Below the pieces are notes generated by a model. The model worked only from the letters and a program-made list of their open reading frames with translations. It searched no databases and was not told the origin of the DNA. Made by a program: the position numbers and the translations under genes. From Sarea resinae (lineage: Eukaryota), in the NCBI GenBank assembly GCA_026026165.1, contig JAPEUD010000012.1:248001-312000 (forward strand): a DNA stretch of 64,000 bases, in the 5' to 3' direction. Shown here piece after piece: positions 36,399 to 48,906 of this stretch; within the stretch, counting starts at the first letter, position 1, and every line of letters begins with the position of its first letter.

Positions 36399-39106
36399 AT
36401 GGCGTGCGTTCATGTCAACGCACAACGTGAGCCACCAGAGCTTCTCTTTCGGATGCGCATCCCCACATAGCTAACGATATCAGAGCTCCATGCACCAGGA
36501 CCTCATCAGTCTGTCTACCGTGAAGATTGCACGCAGTGTTTTGACTCCATAGTAAGCTCTTCTGTTTTCGAGTCTTTCATACCTACTCAAGGCTGGAACT
36601 TATACAGGGTGTTTTAGGACGATCCTACGGGCCTAGATGTCTGTCTCTTCTGTTTTAATGGAGGTTGCACTGGTGAACGCAAGCACGCTCTGCTTCACTA
36701 CGAATCTACCAAACACCCGCTTGTTTTGAACATTCGGCGAACCAGGAAGAAGATCAAGGTATAAAATGCTGTGATCACACAACGGGGGCTCAGCTTTTGG
36801 CTGTCCAGACTTGTTTCGCTTGCTAATACGATTATTCTCGATTCCATATAGCGCGATGAACCGCCCCAGAAGATGTCTAAGCTTGCTATTGCAGCAGAAA
36901 CTGAGTCAGACCGATACGATACTGAAACGCATATCAGATGCTTTGAATGCAGCCTAGATGACATTGATAGCTCTTCCGGCAAGCTGGCTGCGGTCGTTGA
37001 TGGAGTCATGAATGCTATGACCTTTGCGCGGCAAGAAGAGGTGAAAGCATGGGAGCAGGAAATGACACCTTGCGAGCACACCCTTTGTTTGGAGCAAGAT
37101 CCTTCCAGGCAGATAGAGTCTCAAGGTATTTGCCCGGTGCCCAATTTCCGGTCGTGCTCTATGTACTAACCGCTGAATGATATCTAGATTTGGGTCACTG
37201 CTCTATGTGTGATCTCAAAGAGAACTTATGGCTTTGTCTGCAATGCGGTAACCTTGGCTGTGGCCGTGCCCAATTTGGAGGAGTTGGCGGCAACTCGCAT
37301 GGTCTTGCTCATTCCGATAGCTCTCACCATCCTGTGGCAGTCAAGCTTGGATCAATCACTCCAGAAGGCACAGCAGATATCTATTGCTACGCTTGTAATG
37401 AAGAAAGAACAGATCCAGAGCTTGCTGCTCACCTTGCCCATTGGGGAATCAACATTGCAGAGAGAGAGAAGACAGAGAAAAGCCTAACAGAACTACAGAT
37501 AGAGCAAAACCTGAAATGGGAATTCTCCATGACCACCGAAGATGGAAAAGAGTTGAAACCTCTATTCGGTCACGGTTTGACTGGATTGAAGAATCTTGGC
37601 AACAGCTGTTATCTGAACAGTATACTACAATGCTTATTCTCATTGCCCGTGTTCCAAGACCGCTATTTCTTTCCCCAAAGTACCCCACCCGCTTCCGAGA
37701 TACCGGCCGAAGACCTGGAAACCCAGTTGCGTAAGATCGCAGACGGATTGTTATCTGGCCGATACTCGCATCCAGATTCCGATGTTCTCGTTTCTGAACA
37801 CACGCCAGATTGTCCGCACCAGAAAGGCTTAGCCCCTGCAATGTTCAAGCATTTGATAGGAAGAGGTCATGAAGAATTCTCGACTATGCGGCAACAAGAC
37901 GCCTTCGAGTTGCTTCTTCATGTCTTTAAGCTCATTACTCGCTCTCCGCATCCTGCCCCTTTGAAAGACCCGGTACAGGCGTTCAGCTTTGTTATGGAGC
38001 AGCGCTTACAGTGCCTCAATTGCAAGAAAGTACGCTACCGGAGCGATATACAGGACAACATCTCCATCCCAGTCCCTGTTCGGAGAATCCATGGAACTGA
38101 AGGAGGAAATGAGACCGAAAAGAAGGACACATTTGCAGCTGTCACACTCAAGGAATGTCTTGACATTTTCACTGCTCCCGAACGTGTGGAACTTACCTGC
38201 GCTGCGTGTGCAAGCAAAGACGGTTTCACTAAGCGTTCCTTGTTCAAAACCTTCCCGGAAGTTCTGGCTGTCAACGCCAGACGATTTGAGCTTGTGAATT
38301 GGGTACCAACCAAATTAGACGTTCCTGTCGTGGTTGGCGATGAGCCTTTCCTTCTAGACACATATAAGTCTCCTGGACTCCAAGATAATGAAGAAGTCCT
38401 TCCAGAAGATGCCGATACAGCAGATCGGCCGAGCTTTACTCCCAACGAGCTTGCCATGGGCCAATTGGAGGCTATGGGCTTCCCCCGTGTCCGGTGCGAA
38501 AAAGCCCTCCATGCGACCGGAAATGCGGACGCTGAGGCTGCAATGAACTGGCTCTTCGCACACATAGATGATGACGATATAGACGTGCCCGTTGATCTCG
38601 GTGGAGTGAGCGGTGGCGGTGCTAGCGGAGAAACAGTTGATCAGGAGAAGGTAGAAATGCTTGGAAGCATGGGCTTCCAATCTGCGCAAGCTAGAAAGGC
38701 CCTACTAGAGACCGGAGGAGACGTTGAACGCGCCGTCGAATGGCTCTTCAGCCACCCAGATGACCAAGGCGATTTCGTTCATGATGAAGGCTCCGCCGCC
38801 CAGACAGCCGCGGTGACGAAAGAAGAGAGGACCCTTCCGGGAAGTGAGGCATTGCCGGCTACGTTCCAGCTGCAGTCGATCGTTTGCCACAAGGGAGGCT
38901 CAATCCATGCAGGGTAATTTTCGCTACTCCTTAATCAAAGTATGGTCACTAACTGATCCAGGCACTATGTGGCATTCGTCCGCAAGCTTGTCGGTGGGGA
39001 GGCTGGCGAGTCGTGGGTTTTATTCAACGATGAGAAGGTCGTCAAGGCCGTCGACGTGGATGAGATGAAAAAGTTTGCATATGTGTATTTTTTCAAGCGC
39101 ATCTAA
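36399..39106 (+). CDS. UBP14: Ubiquitin C-terminal hydrolase 14 (isopeptidase T), multi-exon
   Basis: ZnF-UBP (ENLWLCLQCGNLGCGR); Cys box GLKNLGNSCY; QQDAFE; two UBA domains (MGF..A); His box HKGGSIHAG|HYVAF. Confidence 0.96.
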
Positions 39107-39222
39107 GTTACGGCTTTACATTATCGACGGCTCTGTAGAGTAAAGAACGGAATTGGCAATGTTGAATTCCATGACTGGGAGCCGTGACTGTGACTCTACG
39201 ACTAGCTCCGGAGTTAGGAAGG

Positions 39223-39308
39223 CCAATCTGATAACGACGAGGCACGTGATGTGTGCACGTGATGACTAAAATCTGATCTCTGCATCTGATTCGCCCCGGA
39301 TATCTGAT
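39223..39308 (+). promoter_or_regulatory. ISU1 upstream motif cluster: CCAAT/ATCTGATAA, three further ATCTGAT, two CACGTG
   Basis: ATCTGATAA 39226-39234 overlaps CCAAT 39223-39227. ATCTGAT at 39271, 39284 and 39302 (another at 39527). CACGTG at 39243 and 39256. Confidence 0.6.
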
Positions 39309-39608
39309 CGAGTAATCGCCGACGGCCGAGACCGAGGCGAGCACGAGCTTTAATTGGACGACGGCCGAAGTTTCCCTTCTGTTACCTCACCAGGACCGCC
39401 TTCATCACCACTCTCTGCACTGACCGAGTACTAATTGCTACCACACCTATTCCCTCCACATTCCAATTCCTCCTCTACTACAATCCACCAAACCTACTCG
39501 CCACTCTCAAATTCCATCTTCCATCCATCTGATATCTCAATCATCTACTTGAGAATCAACTGTTCACACTCCGAAGCCTCTCTCCCTCTTCCGTCACTTT
39601 CACTCATC

Positions 39609-40429
39609 ATGTTCAGAAGTATCGTCGCGGCGGCACCCCGCTCCGCGGGCAGAATTCTGGCAACCGCCTCACGACCTGCCATCATCTCACCCGTCAATAC
39701 CATCGCTCCCGCTGCCATACAGATAAATGCCAGGAGGAGCTATCACGAAAAAGATAAGTTTTGTCCCATGACAAGCTTGCTTTTGGCAGGCGAACTGCAC
39801 ACGTTACTTATGACGTCGACAACTGCAATTTTGATATCGACCTCTAATCTTCTTATTTTCGCTCTGAGAGCTCTCAGCTAACTTACGATTTACTGCTCGA
39901 CCATTACAGCAAGCCTCGGAATGTTGGTTCGATGGCGAAGACGGATACCGATGTCGGCACGGGCCTGGTCGGTGCTCCCGCCTGTGGCGATGTGATGAAG
40001 CTCCAGATCCGAGTCGACCCCTCGAACAACACCATCAGCGAAGTCAAGTTCAAGACCTTTGGCTGCGGAAGCGCCATCGCGAGTTCGAGTTATCTGACGG
40101 AGTTGGTCCGAGGCATGACTTTGGAGGATGCGGGCAAGATCCGAAACACCGAGATTGCCAAGGAGCTGTGCTTGCCTCCCGTCAAACGTATGTGGATTTC
40201 GCATTCCTTTCGATCCGTTATCTGACCGCTGAGATTCTCTGTACTAACACTTTCTCATCAATCAGTTCACTGCTCCATGCTTGCTGAAGACGCCATCAAA
40301 TCCGCCATCTCCAACTACTACACTAAGAATCCTAAAGCCGCCGTCACCGATCTAGGCGGCAGGAGCGCATCGATGCCCAAAGTGGAAGTGGAGACCGTAA
40401 CAGAGCCTCTCAGTCAAGCTACCGCCTAG
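39609..40429 (+). CDS. ISU1: Mitochondrial Fe-S cluster scaffold Isu1/IscU, 200 aa if the AT-AC intron is spliced
   Basis: Presequence MFRSIVAAAPR; exons 39609-39753, 39894-40187, 40266-40429. Motifs YHEKVLDHYSKPRNVG, GAPACGDVM, FGCGSAIASS, LPPVKLHCSMLAEDA. Confidence 0.95.
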
Positions 40430-41100
40430 ATTCTCTGGGTATCCGGCTTTGTCTTTCTCTTCCACACCAATGTGATTTTTTCCCCTTCCATCAAACCCAA
40501 AAATCTTGCAGTCAACTTCTTTTGTCAATTGGGATGAAGGCTAGGGATTTCTCGATCGGGGAGAGCTGTACGTGGCACCGGCGTGTGTCTTTGTCCCCCC
40601 GGACTTTCGAATTGCGTGTCTGTATTAGCGGTTACGTTTTCTCAAACTCGTTTCTCTCGATCCGTTTGTAAATATGGCAGGCAGTGGAAGGGACTTTCGC
40701 TAATTCTGCTTGACTGAAGCGTGTGTCCTCGAAACCAACAAAAATGGTAAAATCATGCACTTTGCCAATATTCATTATCACGTCGTAGGACTACTTCTAT
40801 GGTGAATAAAGGAACGAAATCTGGAGCTTGGGAAATCTCTGCTCTGAGACTTTTGGTCAGGTGAACTAGAGCTAAAGTGAATTGAAACTTTCGCCATCTG
40901 AATCCCATCATGGACATCATCTATCTGGATGTGATGGGGGGAAAAAAGGAACGAAGGGGGCTCCTAACACCCAAGGCAAACTTTGTTGACCCCTCGGCCC
41001 GGTTCCTTCCCGGTCCCATTCCTCGGGCATCCCCTTCGCTCGACTCGGCCTTGGAAAAAGGGTCCACCAACGCACAAGCCAGGCACCCCAAAAGTTTCCA

Positions 41101-42952
41101 TCAATCAGTCATCATATCCTCGTCGACGGGGCCATCATCCCAGCCGGGATCGGCCGAGACGCCAGCATTCTCGCGATTCTTGCGCGCCTTCTTGACCCAG
41201 TCGATGTAGTCCCTGCGCAGGGCCAAGCGGCCGTCGAGCTCCTTGACCTGCGCGGCCAGATCCATGATCTGCCGCGTCTGTGCGGGCAGAGTGGCCGCGA
41301 GCGATTCTTCGGACGTGGCGTGCGGGCGTTGTTGGATGTCGCTCGAGGCGAAGCGGAGGACGGGCGGTTGTGGTGCTGGCGTTTGTTGTTCGGTGGGTGC
41401 GTCTGCGGAGGATGCGGAGGAGGGGTCGTGTTTGGACCGCACCGCCGACGAGATTGTGGCTTCTAAGCCGCCCGAGGCGCTGTAGCTGTAAATGAAGCGC
41501 TCGTTTTCGACGAGGTCGGTCGGTGTTGGAGAGGTGCGTTGGGCGATGGACGGTAGGGAGAGGGCAGAGTAAACTTTCGAAAGGTCCGAGATGGAAGCGC
41601 GGCGCTGGACGGCGGGGAGTTGATTCACGAGGCCCTCGGTACGGTCCTGTATGTGGTAGTGGAAAGAGCAAGTCAGCCAACTTATTGTCTTATTCATGAC
41701 GGGTTCTGTCATTCGAGCTTCTGTGAACTAACCATTCTCCATATCAGCCGGCCGGCCTCGATTTCGCCTCTTAGTTTCGTGGCATCGCCAGATATGAATT
41801 TTTCGGCCAGGGCATCGTAGGGTTTCGCTATCGCTCGACATGATCGAGCGACTTGGTTATTTGTTGTTCTGGGAACCGCTGGGAACTGTCCACAAAGCAC
41901 AAGTGTCAATAGGGCGATCATCCTAGCAATGCGATCGCTATGCCTGTCCGGTTTCACTCACCTCTGCTCTGTCTATAAGAGCTACGAGCAACCATAGCTT
42001 GTATGCTCTGACCGTCATGGTGCTTGTGATATTATCTGATGGTGCCACTAGGATACTTGAAAGCAATAGCTCAGCCTTCGCATAGCGACGTAGACCAATC
42101 CAGATTAAGGCACCCCAAAGGTTGTATTGGAAGAAATCTTGATAGGTCAGCCTTCCAGTGAGGCCAGATCGATAAGTGATTGATAGACGTGTCCCAGGAG
42201 TATTGGAACAGGGCAGGACTTTCGACTGAGCAGGAAGTACATAATCTTCCGCGGCGTCTGGAAATAATGTGAACTCCGAGTCTAATATGGGCAGTGCAGC
42301 ACGATATGACTTTGCGGACACGCAAAGCTGCATGAAAATGGTATGAGTGGAGGTGAATGTCGAGAGATGAGGGTCGAGGCGAAGCATTGCGGTCCTAATC
42401 GGTCGGATTGCGGTAATTGGCTACAGTGGACGCTCAGTCAGAGGATTGCTTGAGATATCCGGGATACGTCCATCTTACTTTGTTCGCATTGTTGGCTGAT
42501 ATGGCTAGACACTCGAGAACGCTCCGCCACTCATTACCTGCATAGCGGACCTGAGTGGGATCAAAGCGCTCGGCGAACGCCACCATGTAAGGCCATAGCT
42601 TGCCAGTCGGCAACGTGTCTCTCGAGAAGCGGGTATTCGAGTTGGACGAAGTCGATGCGTTGATATGAGCCAGCAGAGTGTATAGGTAAGGCAGCGTATT
42701 GATAGAGGGATCCAGTATCTATAGTAACTGTCAAGACTAGTCTCCATGAGTGGGCAGAAAATGAGCCCGGGAATCACATACGTCTAGAAGATCACCCCCA
42801 TTAGGGACTCCTGAAATAAGCATACTGGCACGCGTCTGATTGAGAGTTTGCAGAAGCCCCCGGATTTGGCGATCGTATTCGACATCGGAGAGCGGCAAGG
42901 CTGGTGGAGGATGTGGAGGAAAGGCAAGAAGCTGAGGAAGTAAATAGTCCAT
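41101..42952 (-). CDS. CSN3: COP9 signalosome subunit 3-like (PCI) protein, multi-exon
   Basis: MDYLLPQLLAFPPHPP..; ILDPSINTLPYLY; FDPTQVRYAG; LRLDP..TFTSTH; YKLWLLV; SKVYSALSLPSIA. Confidence 0.78.
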
Positions 42953-43405
42953 CCTGAAATTGCTGGGCTGTGAAAGATGGATGGATAGATTTAATGCTTT
43001 GAAGGATGTGGCATTCGAGGAATCATAAATGAACTGGACCCAAGCCTCTTCTGACTGGCCGTGGAATTAGATCAATCGAGCAGTCACCGAGGCTCTCGTC
43101 AACATGTCGCGCTTGTCCTTCTTCAGTTTGATAGATACAGAGCGTCAGCACGTCTTCGAGAGCGGAGGAGAATATAGGGTTGATGTCGCTATTCGTGTGA
43201 TCTTGGCTTTTTTTTTCGGCCTCTTGTTGAAGCCTGCAGGTGAAAGTAGACCGTTTGGACGCTGATGTCCTGGTGGTAGTGAGTGGTGGTGATGGTGATG
43301 CGGATGGAGATGTCCTAGGGTCCGTGCTTTGATCGATAAGATCCGATCCGATTCAGGCGCAAAATCGTAATCAGATGGGACCTCTTCACTTTCACGATTC
43401 CAGAG

Positions 43406-43412
43406 TGACTCA
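43406..43412 (+). promoter_or_regulatory. Putative Gcn4/CpcA element upstream of PRO2
   Basis: Perfect TGACTCA ~200 bp upstream of ATG 43612. Confidence 0.5.
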
Positions 43413-43611
43413 AGGCTTCATTCTACGCTTTCTACACTTCTACACTCATAGCATTTCTCATTCTTCCTTTTTTTTGATATTGTGCTTTAGAGACCGCGAG
43501 ACGTCGAGTCGACTATAGGATTGTCACCGGCCAATTGCAATATTGAAAAGTGGACGTGTTCACCATTAGAGCTCTATAGTGGGGTCGGACGCAGTCCAGC
43601 AGATCGCAAGC

Positions 43612-45140
43612 ATGTCGCTCTCCAATTCCTCCCCTCTGGAGATCGCCCAGGCCGCCTCCGTCTCGTCGCGCAGCCTCGCGGTACTGTCGGCGCAAGCTCG
43701 AAACGATGCGCTGACTGCCATCCACGCTGCCCTTTCCTCGGCGAAGGAGGAGATCCTGGCGGCCAACGCGAAAGACCTCGAAAGCGCAGTGAAAGCCGCC
43801 GAGAGTGGGGAAATGAAACACAGTGTGCTGAAGCGGTTGGATCTGGGGAAGAAGGGCAAATGGGAGGATATGCTCAAGGGCATACTGGACGTACGGGACC
43901 TTGAAGATCCTGGTAAGCAGCGTCACATTGCCGGCCGCACCCCCATTGGCCTCGAGTAACACTGGGATCATCCGCTCCGCTGACGAACCACCTCTGCAGT
44001 GGGCAAGGTGACTTTACGAACAAGGCTTGATGACGGCCTTGACCTGGAACGAGTAACATGTCCCATTGGCGTCCTGCTCATCATCTTCGAAGCCCGCCCC
44101 GAAGTGATCGCAAACATAGCATCACTGGCTATAAAATCCGGCAACGCCGCCATCTTGAAAGGTAGGTGTCCTCGAGCAGAGAAGTGCTGTCCACCATCTA
44201 ACCTGCAGCAGGCGGCAAAGAATCCACCCACTCGTTTGTAGCAATATCGACCGTCATATCGCGCGCGCTCTCAAACACAGCTGTGCCTAATGCTTCGATC
44301 CAACTCGTCACGACCCGGGACGTCATCCCCGGACTCCTCGCCTTGGACAAACACGTCGACCTCGTCATTCCCAGAGGGAGCAACGAGCTGGTGCGCTACA
44401 TCAAGCACAACACCCGCATCCCGGTATTGGGCCACGCAGACGGCCTCTGCAGCATATACATCCACTCCGACGCCGAAGTATCCACGGCCGTCAGAGTACT
44501 AATTGATGCGAAGACCGGCTACCCCGCAGCCTGCAACAGCGTCGAGACACTGCTCGTTGACGAAGCCGCATTGTCGACCGTTCTCCCAGCTGTAGCCGAC
44601 GCGCTGCTCTCCAAGGGCGTTTCACTCCGGTGCGACACGCTCTCCAAATCGGCCCTATCCAGGACTCTTCCACAAAGCAAAGCCGTGCTCCTGCAGGACG
44701 CCATAGAAGAGGACTATAACACAGAATTCCTCGATTTGATATTAGCGATCAAGACCATCCCTTCTCCCAGCTCTAGCACGGCAACATCGTCATCATCGCC
44801 CTCCTCGGTCGAACTGGCCATTGCTCACATCAACGCCCACTCCTCCCACCATACCGAGGCGATCCTGACGCAGAGCCGTGAGATGGCCGACCATTTCCTA
44901 GCCGGGATCGATAGCGCGGGCGTCTTCTGGAATACTAGCACCCGCATGGCGGATGGCATGAGGTTCGGCTTCGGAACCGAGGTGGGGATCAGCACGAACA
45001 AGATTCATGCCCGAGGTCCCGTGGGCTTGGAGGGATTGACGATATATAAATACTTGATCAGGGGCAGCGCGCAGGTGGCTGGTGACTACTTTGAGGGCGA
45101 AGGAGGCAAGGCGTGGAAGCATGAACGTTTACCGTTATAG
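43612..45140 (+). CDS. PRO2: Gamma-glutamyl phosphate reductase
   Basis: [86 protein letters not shown]. Two introns. Confidence 0.96.
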
Positions 45141-45466
45141 AAAGCATAAAAGTTCCCAGTCTCTTCACTCCTTAATCTGCATTTGATATGACCGAAACGA
45201 TGTTCGAGAACGTAGTGGTAGATTGTGGGAGTCATGCGTTGCGTTCGGCTTCCCCCTGCTTACGGTACATGACCTTTCACAAAGCTCAATCGCCGTATTT
45301 CATTGTTGGGAAAGCTTTTCGATTGCAGTTTTGCTAGCGCAGGAGGTAGAGATCTACTTTCTCAACAAGGCATTTCGAAAAGAGTCGTGACATGATCCCT
45401 CCCCCCTTTGGTCCAATCCATATCGCCCAGGCTAGAACAACAAACGTCCCGGGAAAATGAACCTGC

Positions 45467-46311
45467 TTAGACCTTGAAACCCCTCGACCGTCTTCGTCCA
45501 CGGGCCCGCTCGAATTTCCGTCCCTTGCTCTCGACATATGGTTTCTGTATCACGTATTAGCCATCCGGATCTACCCTCTTTTACGCAGTGGCCGTCATCA
45601 GAGAGGAAAACCCACCTTGTGGCTGTGGGGGCCAAAGCCAAAATGCTTCACGGCCTCACGAGCGTTCTTAGGTCCACGGAGAAGGAGGGTGTTGGAACCA
45701 GTGGGTGCTCTCAGCGCAAGTTGATCCAGGGTCAAGCATTCTCCACCAGCGGCCTCGACGCGAGCGCGGGCAGTGGCAGTGAAGCGCAGAGCAGCGATGG
45801 AAAGCTTGGGGACTTCCAGAAGGCGGTTGTCGTCGGTAACGGTACCGATGATGACGACGGTCTTGCCGTTGTTGGCTGCTTCGGCATGCTTGTTTGCGGC
45901 ATTGGCGGCGATGCGGGAAAGGGACATAGGAGGACGGTTAATGCGCGACATAAACAGACGGCGGAGGACGGTCTTGTTGAAGTCGGAATCCGTGCGGCCT
46001 GTTCCGAGACGTTAGAGAAGCTATTCGCGACTGCCTCATCTGGCACATCTGCGACTGTACGTACGGGCAAGGAAGCGGTAAAGCTTCACGAGCAGCTTGA
46101 GATAGACATTGTCGCTCTTTGGAGCCTTGCGATGGCTGTTCTTCACGTGGTGAGCGTCCAAGTCGATACCTGATGGTAGGTGCAAATGTTAGCACTCGAT
46201 CAATTCCATTCCTTCTCCATCCTAAGGATGACGGCCACGGCAGCGTATATATAGTGCTCCTCGAGAGAGTATCTGTAGATCCAGGAAGATATGGGGATAT
46301 CACGTACCCAT
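45467..46311 (-). CDS. RPL18: 60S ribosomal protein L18 (eL18), multi-exon
   Basis: [70 protein letters not shown]. Confidence 0.96.
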
Positions 46312-48906
46312 CGTGGCGGTCGTTGGTCGATTTGTTGATGTCGATGAGTGTCGCTCTGTCGCTCTCAAATCTCGAATGTGCACTTTGGCGATCGCTTGAC
46401 CTTGACACCAACTCGGTGCGCGAGTAGGGCAAAAGCCCTTCCTCGCCAATTGATCAGGATAATACAGCTACATAGTACAGCGCATCTGATCCGGTACGAA
46501 TACTATGGTACCGCTTACCTTATCTTATCTCGATCTGATTGCCAGGACCGAAGAAGGGCTGACTTCAGCGGTTGACAATGTTCCAAAATACTTCAGGAGA
46601 GCTCGACTTGGTTCGATGTCAACATGGGAGGACTTCATCCAGCCAGTGGCTTTTCCTCTCGTCCATATCACTTGCATACACGTGTCCAGATATTCATTAT
46701 TCAACACGCGTTCTTCCTATCTCGATGCCTACGTGAGTCCCCCAGAAAGATCAAAATCGTAAGAGCTGGATCTCTAAATGCAGAGGAATTATGCTCCCGA
46801 TTTGGTCATTGCCATCATGCTTGCTGTAGTTTAGAGCCAGAATGTCTTCCTTGAATGTGGTTGCACCCCAAACTACAAGTACTCTCATTCTGTTCATTCG
46901 GCGGGTACCCATCAACATGCCTGAACTTGGTTGCCGATTGAATGGGCAGAGAGAGCATGACAAGATGACCGAGATCAAGATCGAAACGTGTCCACCTGCA
47001 CTCAAAGAACCTTCTTCATTGCCCTCCCGACTCCATTTTCCGTTCAGCTTCGTCGAAATAGCATCCTCATTCCACCTCCAGGTGCCCTCCACTTGGTCCA
47101 GCCCGCCACCTTATCCTTCAGTCAAACCATCATCGCCCCGTGGCGCCTCATTCAAGCGCCAGCACCGCGCCGGTATAAGCGCTTAATCCTCTGCCTGTCC
47201 CTGTCGCCGGTGCCGGAATCGCCGCCTCGCGTGATCCAGACGATCGGAGGACACATCTCTCTCAGCGACAAGGATCTGAATTCCTTGTTGCGGGAACCAA
47301 ATGGTGTATGAGGAAGGGCAGGTATAGACCACTGGACTGAAAGGTCTGTTTATCGAAAGGAAAGGAGGGGGCCCTGATTGATGAAGAAGGTCTGTCTGTC
47401 CTTCCGGTCCGTCTCGGAGTTAGTTTATCTTTGCACACATGTTTGCAAATGTCTCGTTTCTCCCAGTCGCGCTGGAGACAGTGAACATACCGGAGAGACT
47501 GGCACGCTTTCTTGTTCCGTTATTGCTTTCCCTTAGCAGTCGAAGGTAGGCAGGTGGGTTGATGAGCTCCTTACAAAGGCGTAACAAGTGAGAGATCTAT
47601 CAAATAATCTCCAGCGGACGGCGTGATAATAGAGAGGGGGGTGACTAGAGCCAGACATAGAGACAACAGCATGACAATCATTCACATTAGCATTCATTCA
47701 TCCGCATAAGCAGAGAACAAGAAATGATGGAGTAATGCTGATCTTATAGCAGGGCAAGCAGCACAGGCCCAGCCCAAGTCCATAGGACACGAGAGACAAG
47801 CTCTTCAATATCATTATCTTCATACCCCTATCGCATCTTTCCCTTTCATTCTTGGCTTATGGGTTGCACACCCATCTCATTCTGCTTTCCCGTCCACGCA
47901 TCCTTGCATCCAGCCCCCTAGTGCCCACGATTAGTGCTTGCGTCTGCCCTTTCCCGTAGTTGGAGGGTGAGCGTATGCATTTCCATTACAAGCAGGGATT
48001 GATGCCCATTGGAAGAGATACCACCCTCAACCTCAAGTCCACTACGAAAGCAGAAACAAAAGCCGAAGATGGCTTCCGTAGGAATCTATCCTAACATGAA
48101 ATAGTACATCCTAGGCTGTTGATACCTCTGCATCTACGTCCTTGTAGTCCATTTTTTTGTTTTGTTCTTCGGACTTCATAAAAAGTCGTATTTTGGTGGT
48201 TGGGGGTCTATTCCTAGCTTGTAGGGATGGATAGATGCCAACCCAAGCCCTCTGCGGGATAAGACCGATGACAAGCACTGTAGTCACGAAAATAGAGTGC
48301 TACTCCGTGCCGCCATTTCATTATCACTAGGAGTCGTGGTATGTTATTGTTCAATCGTTTTGGTATTCCGTAGAAGATGTTTTATAAGGCATTTCGAGAG
48401 AGACTTCATGTAGCCAAAAGGCCTAGTCTTTGCGATAGAATCTAAGATGGGGAAAATGGAGGTATCAGGAGTTAAGAATCCAGTAGCAGTCCGCGCTCCC
48501 CAACCTGCTAATACGATGACGGAATTGAAAATGTACCCTTATCCTATCATCAACTCTTCAGGGAATCATGATGTATGCGCCCCCGGCTCCTTATATGCAA
48601 ACCCGACCAGTACTAACGTGAAAAAAACGAAAAGAGAAGAAGGGAAGAAGGAGAACATAACGGACTTGAAATGGGCACACGAAGCCAATAGACCAAGCAA
48701 TCATCTGCTTAGAAACTTCTAGACGCGCTTCATGAAGGAGCTTCTTCTCGAGGGGTGCACCCACATGTATGGAGATCTAGCCCCTCGAGACGAGGAGAAA
48801 GCCATGCTCTAGAGTATGCTCTGTAAGCAGTATGCGATTGAGAAAATGGATGCTGGGACTTATGATTGCGTTGGGCAGCTTCAAATGCAGCGCCTCTAAC
48901 AAAGCC

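Noticed and set aside
39754..39893. U12 (minor spliceosome) assignment for the ISU1 intron
   Set aside because: The donor is ATAAGT rather than ATATCCT, and the branch point is GCTAAC rather than TCCTTAAC.
43579..43611. GTG-initiated N-terminal extension of PRO2
   Set aside because: Only 11 codons, bounded by an in-frame TAG at 43567, with no targeting-peptide character.
45538..46173. 211-aa plus-strand ORF
   Set aside because: Antisense shadow of RPL18, caused by codon bias.
47390..47416. SRP RNA helix-8-like CCGGAAGG on the minus strand
   Set aside because: The flanking conserved CAGG/AGCA internal-loop bases are missing.
46400..48900. Telomerase RNA in the large gene-free gap
   Set aside because: The size fits, but I found no TAACCCTAA/TTAGGGTTA-like template on either strand.
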